Shown here piece after piece: positions 30,790 to 40,450 of a stretch of DNA of 64,000 nucleotides (position 1 is the first letter of the stretch; each line of letters starts with the position of its first letter). Below the pieces are notes generated by a model, which was not told where the DNA came from, searched no databases, and saw only the letters and a list, made by a program, of their open reading frames with translations. Origin of the DNA: an uncultured Erythrobacter sp. (GTDB lineage Bacteria; Pseudomonadota; Alphaproteobacteria; Sphingomonadales; Sphingomonadaceae); contig CANNCL010000002.1 in the NCBI GenBank assembly GCA_947503155.1, forward strand, positions 676,637 to 740,636, given 5' to 3'. A program made the translations under genes and the position numbers.

Positions 30790-31455
30790 ATGGCGTCTCA
30801 AACACTCGAAACCTTGCCGCTGGAAGCTCAACTCGCGGTGGCTCATACGCGGCCAAATATGCGCGGCGCGTTAAGGATATTCCTTGAGCTAGACCAACGT
30901 TTGGGCCGGATTGTTGCGGCAACAAATGAACCGATGCTGGGCCAAATGCGGCTCGCTTGGTGGCGGGATGAACTGGGCAAACCGGTTGCCGAGCGTCCTG
31001 TGGGTGATGCAGTGCTGGACGGAATCGGCAAATATTGGGCGGGCAAAGAAAGCCGGTTGATCAAGCTCGTCGATGGTTGGGAACATTTGTTGGCTGATCC
31101 TCCCCTGAGTGAGGAAGGCGCATTGTATTTCGCGACAACACGCCGAGACGCGATGATGGCGGTATACGGCAAATTTGCAGAAAATGATGACCGGTGCCCC
31201 GGTTACAGTCAGGCCGCATGGTTTTGGGCGCTGTCTGATTTTGCGGCCAATATTTCGGCGGGAGAGGAACGCGATCTCGCGCTGCGCCTTGGGCTTCGTT
31301 ACGGTGATACGAATCAAGTGCTCCCAGGTGAGGCGCGCGGACTGGCGGTGCTGGGCGCGCTGGGTTTGCGCGCTCTAAAGCGCGGGGGAAGACCTTTGAT
31401 GGAAGGCAGAACCGCGTCGCTCGTCGCAACAAGAGCCGCTATCTTCGGCAAGTGA
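30790..31455 (+). CDS. Hypothetical protein, squalene/phytoene-synthase-like helical family
   Basis: EPMLGQMRLAWWRDEL motif typical of the synthase-like family; the DDxxD motifs are not clearly present. Confidence 0.55.
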   Translation: MASQTLETLPLEAQLAVAHTRPNMRGALRIFLELDQRLGRIVAATNEPMLGQMRLAWWRDELGKPVAERPVGDAVLDGIGKYWAGKESRLIKLVDGWEHLLADPPLSEEGALYFATTRRDAMMAVYGKFAENDDRCPGYSQAAWFWALSDFAANISAGEERDLALRLGLRYGDTNQVLPGEARGLAVLGALGLRALKRGGRPLMEGRTASLVATRAAIFGK

Positions 31456-31506
31456 ATATGTGTATTCCTTTGGCCAATGGTCGTGAGGAAAGCAGTGGTT
31501 CAAGCA

Positions 31507-31971
31507 ATGCGTCAAACTATACTCGGAGTATTCGTGGGATTGATCCTTGCAGGGGTCGGCGTTTTTTGGTGGCAAGCGCGCGCGCAAATTGAAACCAATG
31601 CCCCTCCGCCGCCTGAGCCCGAAGAGATCGCCGAAGGGCCCGAAGTCCTGCCCGAAGTCGATCCCGGCGATTTGACCGGCCCCGCTCCGCCAGAGGCGAG
31701 CGAGCTGTCACGCGAAGAACGCCGGTTTTTCCGGTATGACCGCAACCGCGACCGGATCATCACCCGCAACGAAATGCTGTCCAGCCGGTCCGATGCGTTT
31801 CGGAAATTGGATGTGGATGGCAACAATTTGCTGACATTCGAGGAATGGGCCGTGACCACGGCAGAGCGTTTTGATGGCATGGACGCCAATGGCAATGCCG
31901 AACTGACGCAGGCGGAGTTTGCAACGACAAGGCCGCAGCCACGGCAATCGCGGCCCGCCTGTCGGTGCTAG
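31507..31971 (+). CDS. Membrane-anchored EF-hand domain protein
   Basis: N-terminal TM helix; three Dx(D/N)xD/N loops (DRNRDRIITRNE, DVDGNNLLTFEE, DANGNAELTQAE). Confidence 0.8.
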   Translation: MRQTILGVFVGLILAGVGVFWWQARAQIETNAPPPPEPEEIAEGPEVLPEVDPGDLTGPAPPEASELSREERRFFRYDRNRDRIITRNEMLSSRSDAFRKLDVDGNNLLTFEEWAVTTAERFDGMDANGNAELTQAEFATTRPQPRQSRPACRC

Positions 31972-31978
31972 CCTTGCG

Positions 31979-33364
31979 TTAAGCGGGCACGCGCTCGTCG
32001 CTCGCCTTAAGCCATTCCTGCAAATCCGCCTTGCCGCGCGACGTGTATGCCTCTTTGCGGACCTTTTTCTTCACATCATGCAAGGGCGGGAACAGGCCGA
32101 AATTGACATTCATCGGCTGAAACGTTGCCGCCTCTGCGTCGCCGGTAATGTGGCTGAGTAGCGCGCCCATCGCAGTGGTTGCGGGCAGGGCGCTCCATTC
32201 GCGCCCGGACAATTCCGCCGCGGTCATCATCCCTGCGACCAGACCAATCGCTGCGCTTTCGATATAACCCTCGCACCCGGTAATCTGACCAGCAAAGCGG
32301 ACATGCGGCGCGGCATTCAATCGCAATTGCCGGTCGAGCACTTGCGGCGAGTTTAGGAACGTGTTGCGATGCAAACCGCCTAGCCGCGCAAATTCGGCAT
32401 TTTCAAGACCGGGTATGGTGCGGAACAGATCGGCCTGCGATCCATATTTGAGCTTCGTCTGGAACCCGACCATATTCCACAGCGTGCCAAGCTTATTGTC
32501 CTGCCTCAATTGCACCACGGCATAGGGCCAGCGCCCTTCCGGAAATTCTTCATTTGTGTCGTAAGGATTATCAAGGCCCACACCCTTCATCGGGCCGTAT
32601 CGCAACGTCTCCACCCCGCGCGACGCCATCACCTCAATCGGCATACAGCCATCGAAATAAGGGGTGTCCTTCTCCCACTCTTTAAACTCGGTCGTGTCGC
32701 CTTCGACCAAGGCCGTGTGGAAGGCGACATATTGCTCCTTCGTCATCGGGCAATTGATGTAATCGCCGTCTTCGTTGGACGCTGCGGTGCGTTTATTCCA
32801 ACGCGACTGCACCCAGCATTTCGACATGTCGATGGAATCGCGGTGGATGATCGGTGCAATGGCATCGAAAAACGCAAGGCGCTCTTCGCCGGTCGCGCCA
32901 ACAATGCTTTGCGCCAAAGATTGCGCGGTCAGCGGCCCGGTTGCGACAATGGTCAGACCCGCCTGGGGCAGAGTGTCCACCCGTTCGCGCATCACCGTCA
33001 CATTGGGATGCTGATCCAACGCCTTTTCCACCTCAGCGGAGAAAACATCACGGTCCACCGCCATTGCGCTTCCGGCGGGCACGCGCGCGATTTCTCCTGC
33101 GCGCATGATGATCGAATCCAGCTCACGCATTTCATGGTGAAGCAGGCCGACTGCGTTTTTCGTATCATCGTCCGAACGAAAGGAATTGGAACAGACCAGT
33201 TCTGCCAGTCCATCGGTCTGATGCGCGGGCGTTTGTTCGCCGCTTCCCCGCATTTCTGAAAGGCGCACTTTCACACCGCGCTGGGCCAATTGCCATGCGG
33301 CCTCGGACCCGGCGAGCCCGCCGCCGATAATGTGGACATCATATGCGCTATTTGTGTCTGTCAT
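31979..33364 (-). CDS. trmFO: tRNA (uracil-5)-methyltransferase TrmFO
   Basis: [40 protein letters not shown] and GQITGCEGY motifs. Confidence 0.96.
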   Translation of the reverse strand: MTDTNSAYDVHIIGGGLAGSEAAWQLAQRGVKVRLSEMRGSGEQTPAHQTDGLAELVCSNSFRSDDDTKNAVGLLHHEMRELDSIIMRAGEIARVPAGSAMAVDRDVFSAEVEKALDQHPNVTVMRERVDTLPQAGLTIVATGPLTAQSLAQSIVGATGEERLAFFDAIAPIIHRDSIDMSKCWVQSRWNKRTAASNEDGDYINCPMTKEQYVAFHTALVEGDTTEFKEWEKDTPYFDGCMPIEVMASRGVETLRYGPMKGVGLDNPYDTNEEFPEGRWPYAVVQLRQDNKLGTLWNMVGFQTKLKYGSQADLFRTIPGLENAEFARLGGLHRNTFLNSPQVLDRQLRLNAAPHVRFAGQITGCEGYIESAAIGLVAGMMTAAELSGREWSALPATTAMGALLSHITGDAEAATFQPMNVNFGLFPPLHDVKKKVRKEAYTSRGKADLQEWLKASDERVPA

Positions 33365-33433
33365 GGTGGGCGCGATAATTGCGTGCTAGCCTCACGGCAA
33401 GGGTTCTTAGAACCAAGCTGGAAAGATGACGCA

Positions 33434-34150
33434 ATGGTGAAACCCGCTCTGATCGAACATCGTCCGTGGCTATTGGCCAGCGTTACCATGTCGATCGCCT
33501 ATTATTTCCTGAGCGACAACCAAGCGGATGGAGGCTTTGCAATCGGCGGCGTTTGGCTGATGTTGCTGAAGGGGGCATGTGTGGGTTTCCTCGCGCTTTA
33601 TGCGTGGCGGCGCACCAGCGGGACAGATGGGGTGATTTTGGTCCTTGTCCTGGTGCTAAGCGCGCTGGGCGACATGGCTTTGGCTATGAGTTCTCAAGAG
33701 GACGGGGTGCCCTCTACGGGCGCGGCGCTGGATCCGATTTTCTTGGCGGGCGGGGCGCTGTTTGCGGCATCGCACATCGCTGCTGTTGTGCTCTATTTGC
33801 GCAATCGTCGCTCCAGCACGACCGCCAGCCAGAAAATGCTCGGCGCGGCATTGTTGATCGCGGCGCCCGCAGGGACTTATGTCCTGACAAAAGACCCGAT
33901 GATCACGCTTTACGCTGTGCTTTTAGGCGCGATGACAGCAACCGCTTGGACAAGTCGGTTTCCGCGTTACCGCGTTGGTATTGGCGCGATCTTATTCATG
34001 GTGAGTGATTGGCTGATCTTCAGCGACTTCGGCGCATTTGACCTTGCGCCGCTGCCCGATCTGTTGATCTGGCCAGTTTATTTTGCGGCCCAATTGCTGA
34101 TTGCGACGGGTGTTGTCCAAACCCTACGCGGGGAACTTCCCGCTAAGTAA
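33434..34150 (+). CDS. YhhN-like lysoplasmalogenase family membrane protein
   Basis: Multiple TM helices; SALGDMAL, FAASH, LFMVSDWLI and YFAAQ motifs. Confidence 0.8.
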   Translation: MVKPALIEHRPWLLASVTMSIAYYFLSDNQADGGFAIGGVWLMLLKGACVGFLALYAWRRTSGTDGVILVLVLVLSALGDMALAMSSQEDGVPSTGAALDPIFLAGGALFAASHIAAVVLYLRNRRSSTTASQKMLGAALLIAAPAGTYVLTKDPMITLYAVLLGAMTATAWTSRFPRYRVGIGAILFMVSDWLIFSDFGAFDLAPLPDLLIWPVYFAAQLLIATGVVQTLRGELPAK

Positions 34151-34160
34151 TTCGAGACCT

Positions 34161-34210
34161 CAGCTTAGCCTGACTTAGGCGGCATTGGGCCGGATTAGGC
34201 CGGATTAGGC
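34161..34210. repeat. Degenerate 10-bp tandem repeat x5 between convergent genes
   Basis: CAGCTTAGCC / TGACTTAGGC / GGCATTGGGC / CGGATTAGGC / CGGATTAGGC; the last copy holds the tauD-like stop. Confidence 0.65.
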
Positions 34211-35038
34211 AGCAATCGTTGTCCGGTGCAGCTCGCGCCGGTGCCCCTCATACCCGCCGGTCGCCTTGTGATTGAGCGCACGGTTATCCCACATGATCAA
34301 CATGCCGGGTTCCCATTTGTGGCGGTAGATAAACTCTTCGCGCTCGCACCATTGGTGCAATTCCATGATCAGCTCGAGCGCAGCCATATCGTCCATCCCC
34401 TCAATCCCGACCGTATAGCTGACCGAACAATAGAGTGATTCTTCGCCGGTCTCCGGGTGGGTTTTGACAAACGGATGGGCGTAGCGCGCACGCGCGGCTT
34501 CGCTGGGCTTGATAGCCATGGAGCGCCCTTTGTCACCGTCGCCGTAAAGCCCGTCAGGCGCATAGCCTCTGCTGGCGGAATGGACGCCTTTCAATTGGCG
34601 AAGTTCAGCCTTTCGCGCATCGGGCAAAGCGGCAAATGCTGCGACTTGGTTGGAGAACAAAGTGTCTCCGCCGACCGGAGGAATCTCCACCGCAAGCAAG
34701 CAAGTGCCCGAAGGAGGCTGAGCCAAAAAGCTCCAGTCGCTATGCCAGTTCTCAGCAAATAGCGGCGACGTTTCATCCGCCTCGCGCTGGATCGCTGCGA
34801 TATTCTCGCGGCCCTTAATCGGGTCAAAGAACGGGTCTTCTCCGAACCCGCCCATAGCGAGCGTAAAGCGTTCGAGCGCGTCATCATTCATCCGCTGATC
34901 CGCGAAAGCCAAAACACGATGTTTCAACCATGCTTCTCTGACCTCTTTGATCAGATCGCTGCTGAGCGGCCCCGACAAATCGCACCCGGTCACCCGCGCG
35001 CCGCAGGATTGACCGCTAGATGTCACTTGCATGGTCAT
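34205..35038 (-). CDS. TauD/TfdA family Fe(II)/2-oxoglutarate dioxygenase
   Basis: WHSD facial-triad start, GGDTLF, HPFVKTHPETG and WDNRALNHKA...R motifs. Confidence 0.9.
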   Translation of the reverse strand: MTMQVTSSGQSCGARVTGCDLSGPLSSDLIKEVREAWLKHRVLAFADQRMNDDALERFTLAMGGFGEDPFFDPIKGRENIAAIQREADETSPLFAENWHSDWSFLAQPPSGTCLLAVEIPPVGGDTLFSNQVAAFAALPDARKAELRQLKGVHSASRGYAPDGLYGDGDKGRSMAIKPSEAARARYAHPFVKTHPETGEESLYCSVSYTVGIEGMDDMAALELIMELHQWCEREEFIYRHKWEPGMLIMWDNRALNHKATGGYEGHRRELHRTTIAA

Positions 35039-37824
35039 TCGGGCGCAGTTTCGCCGGCGCCTTGTTCAGGCTGATCGCCGGTTTCTGCTGAGCCGTTATC
35101 GGAAATTTCGGCTGCGCCTTCTGCTGCTTCCTCGATTTCGTCTTCGGTTTCGTCGATCTTCACCGCCGCTACGATCGTCTCTTTCTTACCGACATCGAAC
35201 AACCGAACGCCGGCCGAATTGCGACCAATCACGCGCAGGCTTTCAAGCCCGATGCGGATCAGTTTCGCTTGATCAGTGACCAGCATCAATTGCTCGCCTT
35301 TGATGACGGGGAAACTGGCGACAACTTGGCCATTGCGGGCGATATTGTCGATATTGGTGATCCCCATGCCGCCCCGGCCTGCGCGCCTATATTCATAAGC
35401 GCTGGAGACTTTGCCATAGCCATTGGCACACACGGTCAGGATGAATTGCTCCTCCTCCGCCATGCGTGCGTGTTCGTCGGAGAGCGCCGGTGCATCCTCA
35501 TCCGCTTTCCACGGAGCGACCCTGAGATAGGCGTCGCGTTCATCGGGTGTGGCAGATCCAGCACCAAGGATAGAAAGCGACACAACTTCGTCGCCCATTT
35601 CCTTGAATTTCATGCCGCGCACGCCGGTCGAGGTCCGCGAGGTAAACTCACGCACATCATCGCCAGCAAAGCGGATTGCCTTGCCCATACGGCTCGCCAG
35701 TAGAACATCGTCAGTTGCCGAAAGCAGCGCAACACCGATCAATTTGTCTTCGCTGGCCTCATCGAACTTCATCGCGAATTTGCCGTTGGATGGGATGTTG
35801 GTGAAGGCATCCATCGCATTGCGGCGCACACTACCCTTGGCCGTGGCAAATACGACCGACAGATCACCCCATTCCGCCTCATCCTCAGGCAGAGGCAGGA
35901 CGGTTCGGATCGTCTCGCCTTCATCGAGCGAAGGCAGCAAGTTCACAATCGGACGTCCGCGAGTGCTCGGGCCGCCTTCGGGCAATTTCCACACTTTCAG
36001 GCGGTAAACCTTACCCGCGGTGGAGAAGAACAAGACCGGCGTGTGCGTCGAGGTGACGAACATTTCGGCAATTGCATCCTGATCCTTCGTCGACATGCCC
36101 GCGCGCCCTTTGCCGCCGCGATTTTGCGCGCGGAAGGTGGAGAGCGGTGTGCGTTTGATATAGCCGTCGAGCGTCACGGTCACGACCATCTCATCGCGCT
36201 CGATCAGGTCTTCGTCTTCTAGCCCGTCCCAAGCAGGCGCAATTTCAGACACGCGCGGCGTCGCATAAGTCGCGCGGATTTCCTCCAGCTCTTCGCGCAT
36301 GACCGCGTATAATTTTACTCGGTCGCCGAGGATCGCGAGGAACTCCTCAATCCGATCAGCCAGCTCTTGCAGCTCGTCACCAATTTCATCGCGGCCCAAA
36401 GCCGTCAGACGGTGGAGGCGTAGATCAAGGATCGCTTTCACTTGCCGTTCGGACAGGCGGTATGTCCCGCCATCTTGGTCCTTTGTCGGCTCAATCGCTT
36501 CGACCAGCTCGATATATTTCGCAATATCGCCAATCGGCCATTCTTTGGTCAGCAAACGTTCGCGCGCGGTCGCCGGGTTGGGGGCGCCGCGAATAATCGC
36601 AACGATCTCATCCAAATTCGACACTGCGACGACCAAGCCGAGCAAGATGTGCGCCCGGTCCCGCGCTTTGGCGAGTTCAAATTTGGTGCGCCGGGTAATG
36701 ACCTCTTCGCGGAATTGAATAAACGCTTGAATGAATTCGCGCAGCATCAGCGTTTCAGGACGTCCGCCGCGGATCGCCAACATATTGGCGGGGAAACTGG
36801 ATTGCGCCGGGGTGTGCCGCCAAATTTGGTTCAGCACGACCTCTGCGGTCGCATCGCGTTTCAGATCGATGACGACGCGCACACCAAGGCGCGAGCTTTC
36901 ATCGCGGATGTCGGAAATGCCCTCGATCCGCTTTTCCTTCGCCGCATCGGCGATTTTCTCGACCAGACCAGCTTTGCCGACCTGATACGGGATGGAGGTG
37001 AAGACGATGCTTTCACGGTCGCCGCGCCGGGTTTCAATTTCGTGGCGGCACCGCATCAGGATCGAACCGCGTCCGGTCGTATAGGCGGCCTTAGCGCCGC
37101 TTGTGCCCAAAATTAGCGGGGCGGTCGGGAAATCTGGTCCCGGAATATACTCGATCAATTCTTCTGAAGTGATCGCCGGATTTTCCATGAAGGCAAAACA
37201 GCCATCGAGCACTTCGCCCAAATTATGCGGCGGTACATTGGTGGCCATGCCCACGGCGATCCCGCCCGCGCCATTGACGAGCAGGTTGGGAAAGCGAGCA
37301 GGGAGGACGGATGGTTCTTGTTTGCGCCCATCGTAATTTGGAACAAAATCGACCGTGTTCTTGTCGAGGTCATCCAGCAGCGTGTCTGTGACACGCGCCA
37401 GACGCGCCTCTGTATAACGCATCGAGGCCGGCGGATCGGGGTCCATCGACCCAAAGTTACCCTGACCATCAATCAGCGGCACACGCATTGACCATGGCTG
37501 CGTCAACCGGGCGAGGGCGTCGTAAATCGCGCTATCGCCGTGCGGGTGGAAATCGCCCATCACGTCGCCGACAATCTTCGCGCTTTTCACGAAGGGGCGG
37601 CCCGCGACAAAATTGCCCAGCTTGCTGGCGTAGAGGATACGGCGATGCACCGGTTTGAGCCCGTCGCGCACATCGGGAAGCGCGCGGCTGACGATCACGC
37701 TCATCGCGTAATCGAGATAGCTCGTCTTCATCTCATCGACGATGTCGATGCGTTCGTACTCGCCTCCGGGATTAGGCTCAGGAGCCGGAGCTGTCGGTTC
37801 GAGAATGTCGTTATCGTCGCTCAA
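35035..37824 (-). CDS. gyrA: DNA gyrase subunit A
   Basis: YLDYAMSVIVSRALPD, HPHGDS, catalytic MRYTEARL, GyrA-box QNRGGKG. TTG start at 37824 or 37836. Confidence 0.97.
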   Translation of the reverse strand: MSDDNDILEPTAPAPEPNPGGEYERIDIVDEMKTSYLDYAMSVIVSRALPDVRDGLKPVHRRILYASKLGNFVAGRPFVKSAKIVGDVMGDFHPHGDSAIYDALARLTQPWSMRVPLIDGQGNFGSMDPDPPASMRYTEARLARVTDTLLDDLDKNTVDFVPNYDGRKQEPSVLPARFPNLLVNGAGGIAVGMATNVPPHNLGEVLDGCFAFMENPAITSEELIEYIPGPDFPTAPLILGTSGAKAAYTTGRGSILMRCRHEIETRRGDRESIVFTSIPYQVGKAGLVEKIADAAKEKRIEGISDIRDESSRLGVRVVIDLKRDATAEVVLNQIWRHTPAQSSFPANMLAIRGGRPETLMLREFIQAFIQFREEVITRRTKFELAKARDRAHILLGLVVAVSNLDEIVAIIRGAPNPATARERLLTKEWPIGDIAKYIELVEAIEPTKDQDGGTYRLSERQVKAILDLRLHRLTALGRDEIGDELQELADRIEEFLAILGDRVKLYAVMREELEEIRATYATPRVSEIAPAWDGLEDEDLIERDEMVVTVTLDGYIKRTPLSTFRAQNRGGKGRAGMSTKDQDAIAEMFVTSTHTPVLFFSTAGKVYRLKVWKLPEGGPSTRGRPIVNLLPSLDEGETIRTVLPLPEDEAEWGDLSVVFATAKGSVRRNAMDAFTNIPSNGKFAMKFDEASEDKLIGVALLSATDDVLLASRMGKAIRFAGDDVREFTSRTSTGVRGMKFKEMGDEVVSLSILGAGSATPDERDAYLRVAPWKADEDAPALSDEHARMAEEEQFILTVCANGYGKVSSAYEYRRAGRGGMGITNIDNIARNGQVVASFPVIKGEQLMLVTDQAKLIRIGLESLRVIGRNSAGVRLFDVGKKETIVAAVKIDETEDEIEEAAEGAAEISDNGSAETGDQPEQGAGETAPE

Positions 37825-38030
37825 AGGGGCGGCCAATTCTGTTGTTGAAAGAGGTTTGTTTTATATGTGTGCAATCTAGGCGTTCGCAGGGGGCAATACC
37901 ACTGACACGCGCGAACAAAGCGGCGTAGAGCGCCCTTTTTCCACACTTCCCGGATTAGGCGGGGGTTCCGGCGGGATACTGCCGCGTCTCTTTCCATAAA
38001 TTGCGCGCGCGTGAACCAATACAACACGCT

Positions 38031-38045
38031 GTTCAATCGCTGTTC
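38031..38045. promoter_or_regulatory. GTTC-N7-GTTC direct repeat (SOS-box-like) in the gyrA/TPR-gene divergent region
   Basis: GTTC-AATCGCT-GTTC, part of a longer CGCTGTTCA x2 repeat with an 11-bp period. Confidence 0.45.
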
Positions 38046-38179
38046 AGCCCATCTCGCCTACAACGAATTGCAAATGGTGAGGCACTCGTCCTATGGGCGT
38101 CTCAGACATAGTAACGATTTACACATCGCTGCGAGGGCTGGAAGCCGCGCAGCGAAGCACTTTTCAGGAGGCAACCCCT

Positions 38180-39577
38180 ATGATTTCCCTTCTTTCACGT
38201 ACACGCACTTCATCGCTCGCCTTGGCGCTTGCTTTGGCGACTGGTTCCGCCGTGGTCGCCACGGCCATTATGCCCGCAGAAGCGAGCGCCCAACGCGCCC
38301 GTGATCGCGACCGTGACCGTGACCGCGATGCTGCTGCCGCAGAATCAGATGGCGGCGGCTATGGCGACGAATTTCGCGCGATTTATGTACCCTTGGATGA
38401 GGCGCTCAAAGCAGAAGGCGCGAGCGTTGCCGCTCTTCGCCCGCAAATCGACGCCTTGATCCCTGTTCTCAACACAAATGATGAGAAAATCGCAGGCGGC
38501 GGTTTGATCTTTAACGCCGGCATTTCCGGTTCGGATCGTTCGTTGCAATTGCAAGGCATGGAAATCATGCTGGCCAGCGGCAAGGTTCCTGCGGAACAAG
38601 TTGGCCGCTATAACTTCATCGCGTATCAATTGTTGAACGAGCAAGATGATTACACGCGGGCGCGCCACTATCTACAAGGCGCCATTGATAACAATTTCAC
38701 CACGGCCACAATTTCCGCACCCGACCTTCGCATTGCGATGGCGGAAAGCTTCTTTTCTTCGAATGATTTGACCGCCGGCTTTGAATATCTCGAAGATGCG
38801 ATTGCCGAGCGCAAGGCGCTGGGCCTGGCCGTTGAAGAGCAATGGTATCGCCGCGGTGTGACGATGGCGTATGAAAATGAAATCGTGCCCACAGTGTATG
38901 AGTTCACCGCTTTGTGGATCGCCGCTTACCCGTCTTCGGATAATTGGCGCGATGCGGTCAACCTAACGCGCAATCTCAATGAATTTGAAGGCGGCGAGAT
39001 CCTTGACCTGTTCCGCCTTAGCCGCCGTGTTGGCGCGCTTCAGGATGCTTCGGATTTCGATTATTACGTCGAAGCCGCCGACCCGCGCCGTCTTCCAAAA
39101 GAAGTGAAGGATGTCATCACCGAGGGCATGGCCAGCGGGGTTGTAAGCGACAACAATCTGTTCATTTCCGAAGCGCTTACGATTGCCAATGGCCGGATCG
39201 CTAGTGACCGCGCCGATCTTCCCGCGTTGGAACGGGATGCGATGGCGGGTAGCGCCGGTCTGCGCACAGTCATGGCCGCCGGTAATGCGTTCCTGAGTTA
39301 TGACGAATTCGGCAAAGCAGCAGGGTTTTTCCAACGCGCGCTTGGGATGCCGGGCGTCAACACGGCTGAGGCTTTGACCCGGCTAGGTATCTCGCAAGTG
39401 GGATCGGGCGATTACGCTGCGGCGCGCACGACCTTTGCTCAGGTGCAAGGCAAGCGCCTGCCAATCGCTCAACTCTGGACCGCTTATGCCACGCAAATGG
39501 AAGCAGCTTCTGCACCAGTTGCACCAGTTGCTCCGGCCGCTCCAGCTGCTCCAGCGACAATGCCCGCCGGTAGCTAA
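38180..39577 (+). CDS. Exported alpha-helical repeat (TPR-like) protein
   Basis: SD AGGAGG; long signal peptide ending ASA-Q; (RD)n stretch; helical repeats; Pro/Ala-rich tail. Confidence 0.7.
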   Translation: MISLLSRTRTSSLALALALATGSAVVATAIMPAEASAQRARDRDRDRDRDAAAAESDGGGYGDEFRAIYVPLDEALKAEGASVAALRPQIDALIPVLNTNDEKIAGGGLIFNAGISGSDRSLQLQGMEIMLASGKVPAEQVGRYNFIAYQLLNEQDDYTRARHYLQGAIDNNFTTATISAPDLRIAMAESFFSSNDLTAGFEYLEDAIAERKALGLAVEEQWYRRGVTMAYENEIVPTVYEFTALWIAAYPSSDNWRDAVNLTRNLNEFEGGEILDLFRLSRRVGALQDASDFDYYVEAADPRRLPKEVKDVITEGMASGVVSDNNLFISEALTIANGRIASDRADLPALERDAMAGSAGLRTVMAAGNAFLSYDEFGKAAGFFQRALGMPGVNTAEALTRLGISQVGSGDYAAARTTFAQVQGKRLPIAQLWTAYATQMEAASAPVAPVAPAAPAAPATMPAGS

Positions 39578-39598
39578 GCGAAACCATACGGCGAAAAC

Positions 39599-39631
39599 AA
39601 AAGGGCACCGGGAAATCCCGGTGCCCTTTTT
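39599..39631. terminator. Bidirectional intrinsic terminator
   Basis: AAAAGGGCACCGGGA / TCCCGGTGCCCTTTTT perfect inverted repeat between convergent genes. Confidence 0.9.
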
Positions 39632-39652
39632 GTATCTCAACGCTGCGTAATG

Positions 39653-40378
39653 TTAGGGTTGTCGTTTCACAAAGACTTGATTGTCGTCGCGGTGTTCAAC
39701 AGTGAAATCGTCAAGACTCTCAAACATATCCTTCAGCGATTTGAAGCCGTAATTGCGCACATCGAAGCTCGATCGATTTCCAGCAATTTGCCCCACTTGA
39801 GACAAGCGCGCGAACCCGCCATCGGTTTCCGCCTCGGAATAGGCGGCGGTGATGAGTTCCAGCAATTCTTCGTCAACCGTTTCAGGGTTGATGTCTTGGC
39901 TCTTTTTGCGCCCATTCGAACGGCCCGCCGCATTGGTGGCGATCAGTTTTTTGATATCGATGAAACGCGTGCAAACGGACTGAAACGCTTTGGGCGTCTT
40001 CGCCTCACCAAATCCGTATACTAGGATACCATCCTGCCTCAGCCGCGTGACAAGGGGTGTGAAATCGCTGTCGGATGTCATAATCCCGAAGCCATCGACT
40101 TTGCCCTGATACAGCAGATCAATCGCGTCGATGGTCATCGCCATATCGGTGGCGTTTTTGCCTTTGGAAACGTCAAATTGTTGCTGAGGGCGGATGCCGA
40201 ATTTGTTGGTGATCGTGTCCCAGCGAGCAAGGTTATCCTTGGCAAAGTTACCATAAGCCCGGCGAATATTGACCTGACCCAGTTCCGCCATGACGGTCAA
40301 AACGGGGTCGATCCCGTTGGGCGTCGTGTTGTCTGCATCAATCAGCAGAGCGATGTTTTTTAGATTTTTGTCTGACAT
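39653..40378 (-). CDS. NYN-domain protein with C-terminal LOTUS/OST-HTH domain
   Basis: LLIDADN, KNATDMAMTIDA and SDSDFTPL NYN acidic motifs; C-terminal SFDVRNYGFKSLKDMF. Confidence 0.88.
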   Translation of the reverse strand: MSDKNLKNIALLIDADNTTPNGIDPVLTVMAELGQVNIRRAYGNFAKDNLARWDTITNKFGIRPQQQFDVSKGKNATDMAMTIDAIDLLYQGKVDGFGIMTSDSDFTPLVTRLRQDGILVYGFGEAKTPKAFQSVCTRFIDIKKLIATNAAGRSNGRKKSQDINPETVDEELLELITAAYSEAETDGGFARLSQVGQIAGNRSSFDVRNYGFKSLKDMFESLDDFTVEHRDDNQVFVKRQP

Positions 40379-40386
40379 GCCAGAAT

Positions 40387-40415
40387 ACATGGGGACCGGG
40401 GCGGGGCGAGGCAAG
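40387..40415 (-). promoter_or_regulatory. Candidate RpoH-type promoter 8 nt before the NYN start
   Basis: CTTG-N17-CCCCATGT; no SD before ATG 40378. Confidence 0.45.
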
Positions 40416-40450
40416 CGCCTAGTCTGACCCCTTTAACCTGTCCCCGTAAC

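Noticed and set aside
39578-40378. NYN gene as a fourth member of the sbtAB-CA operon
   Set aside because: A 93-bp gap holds its own promoter-like motif, so a functional link is unsupported.
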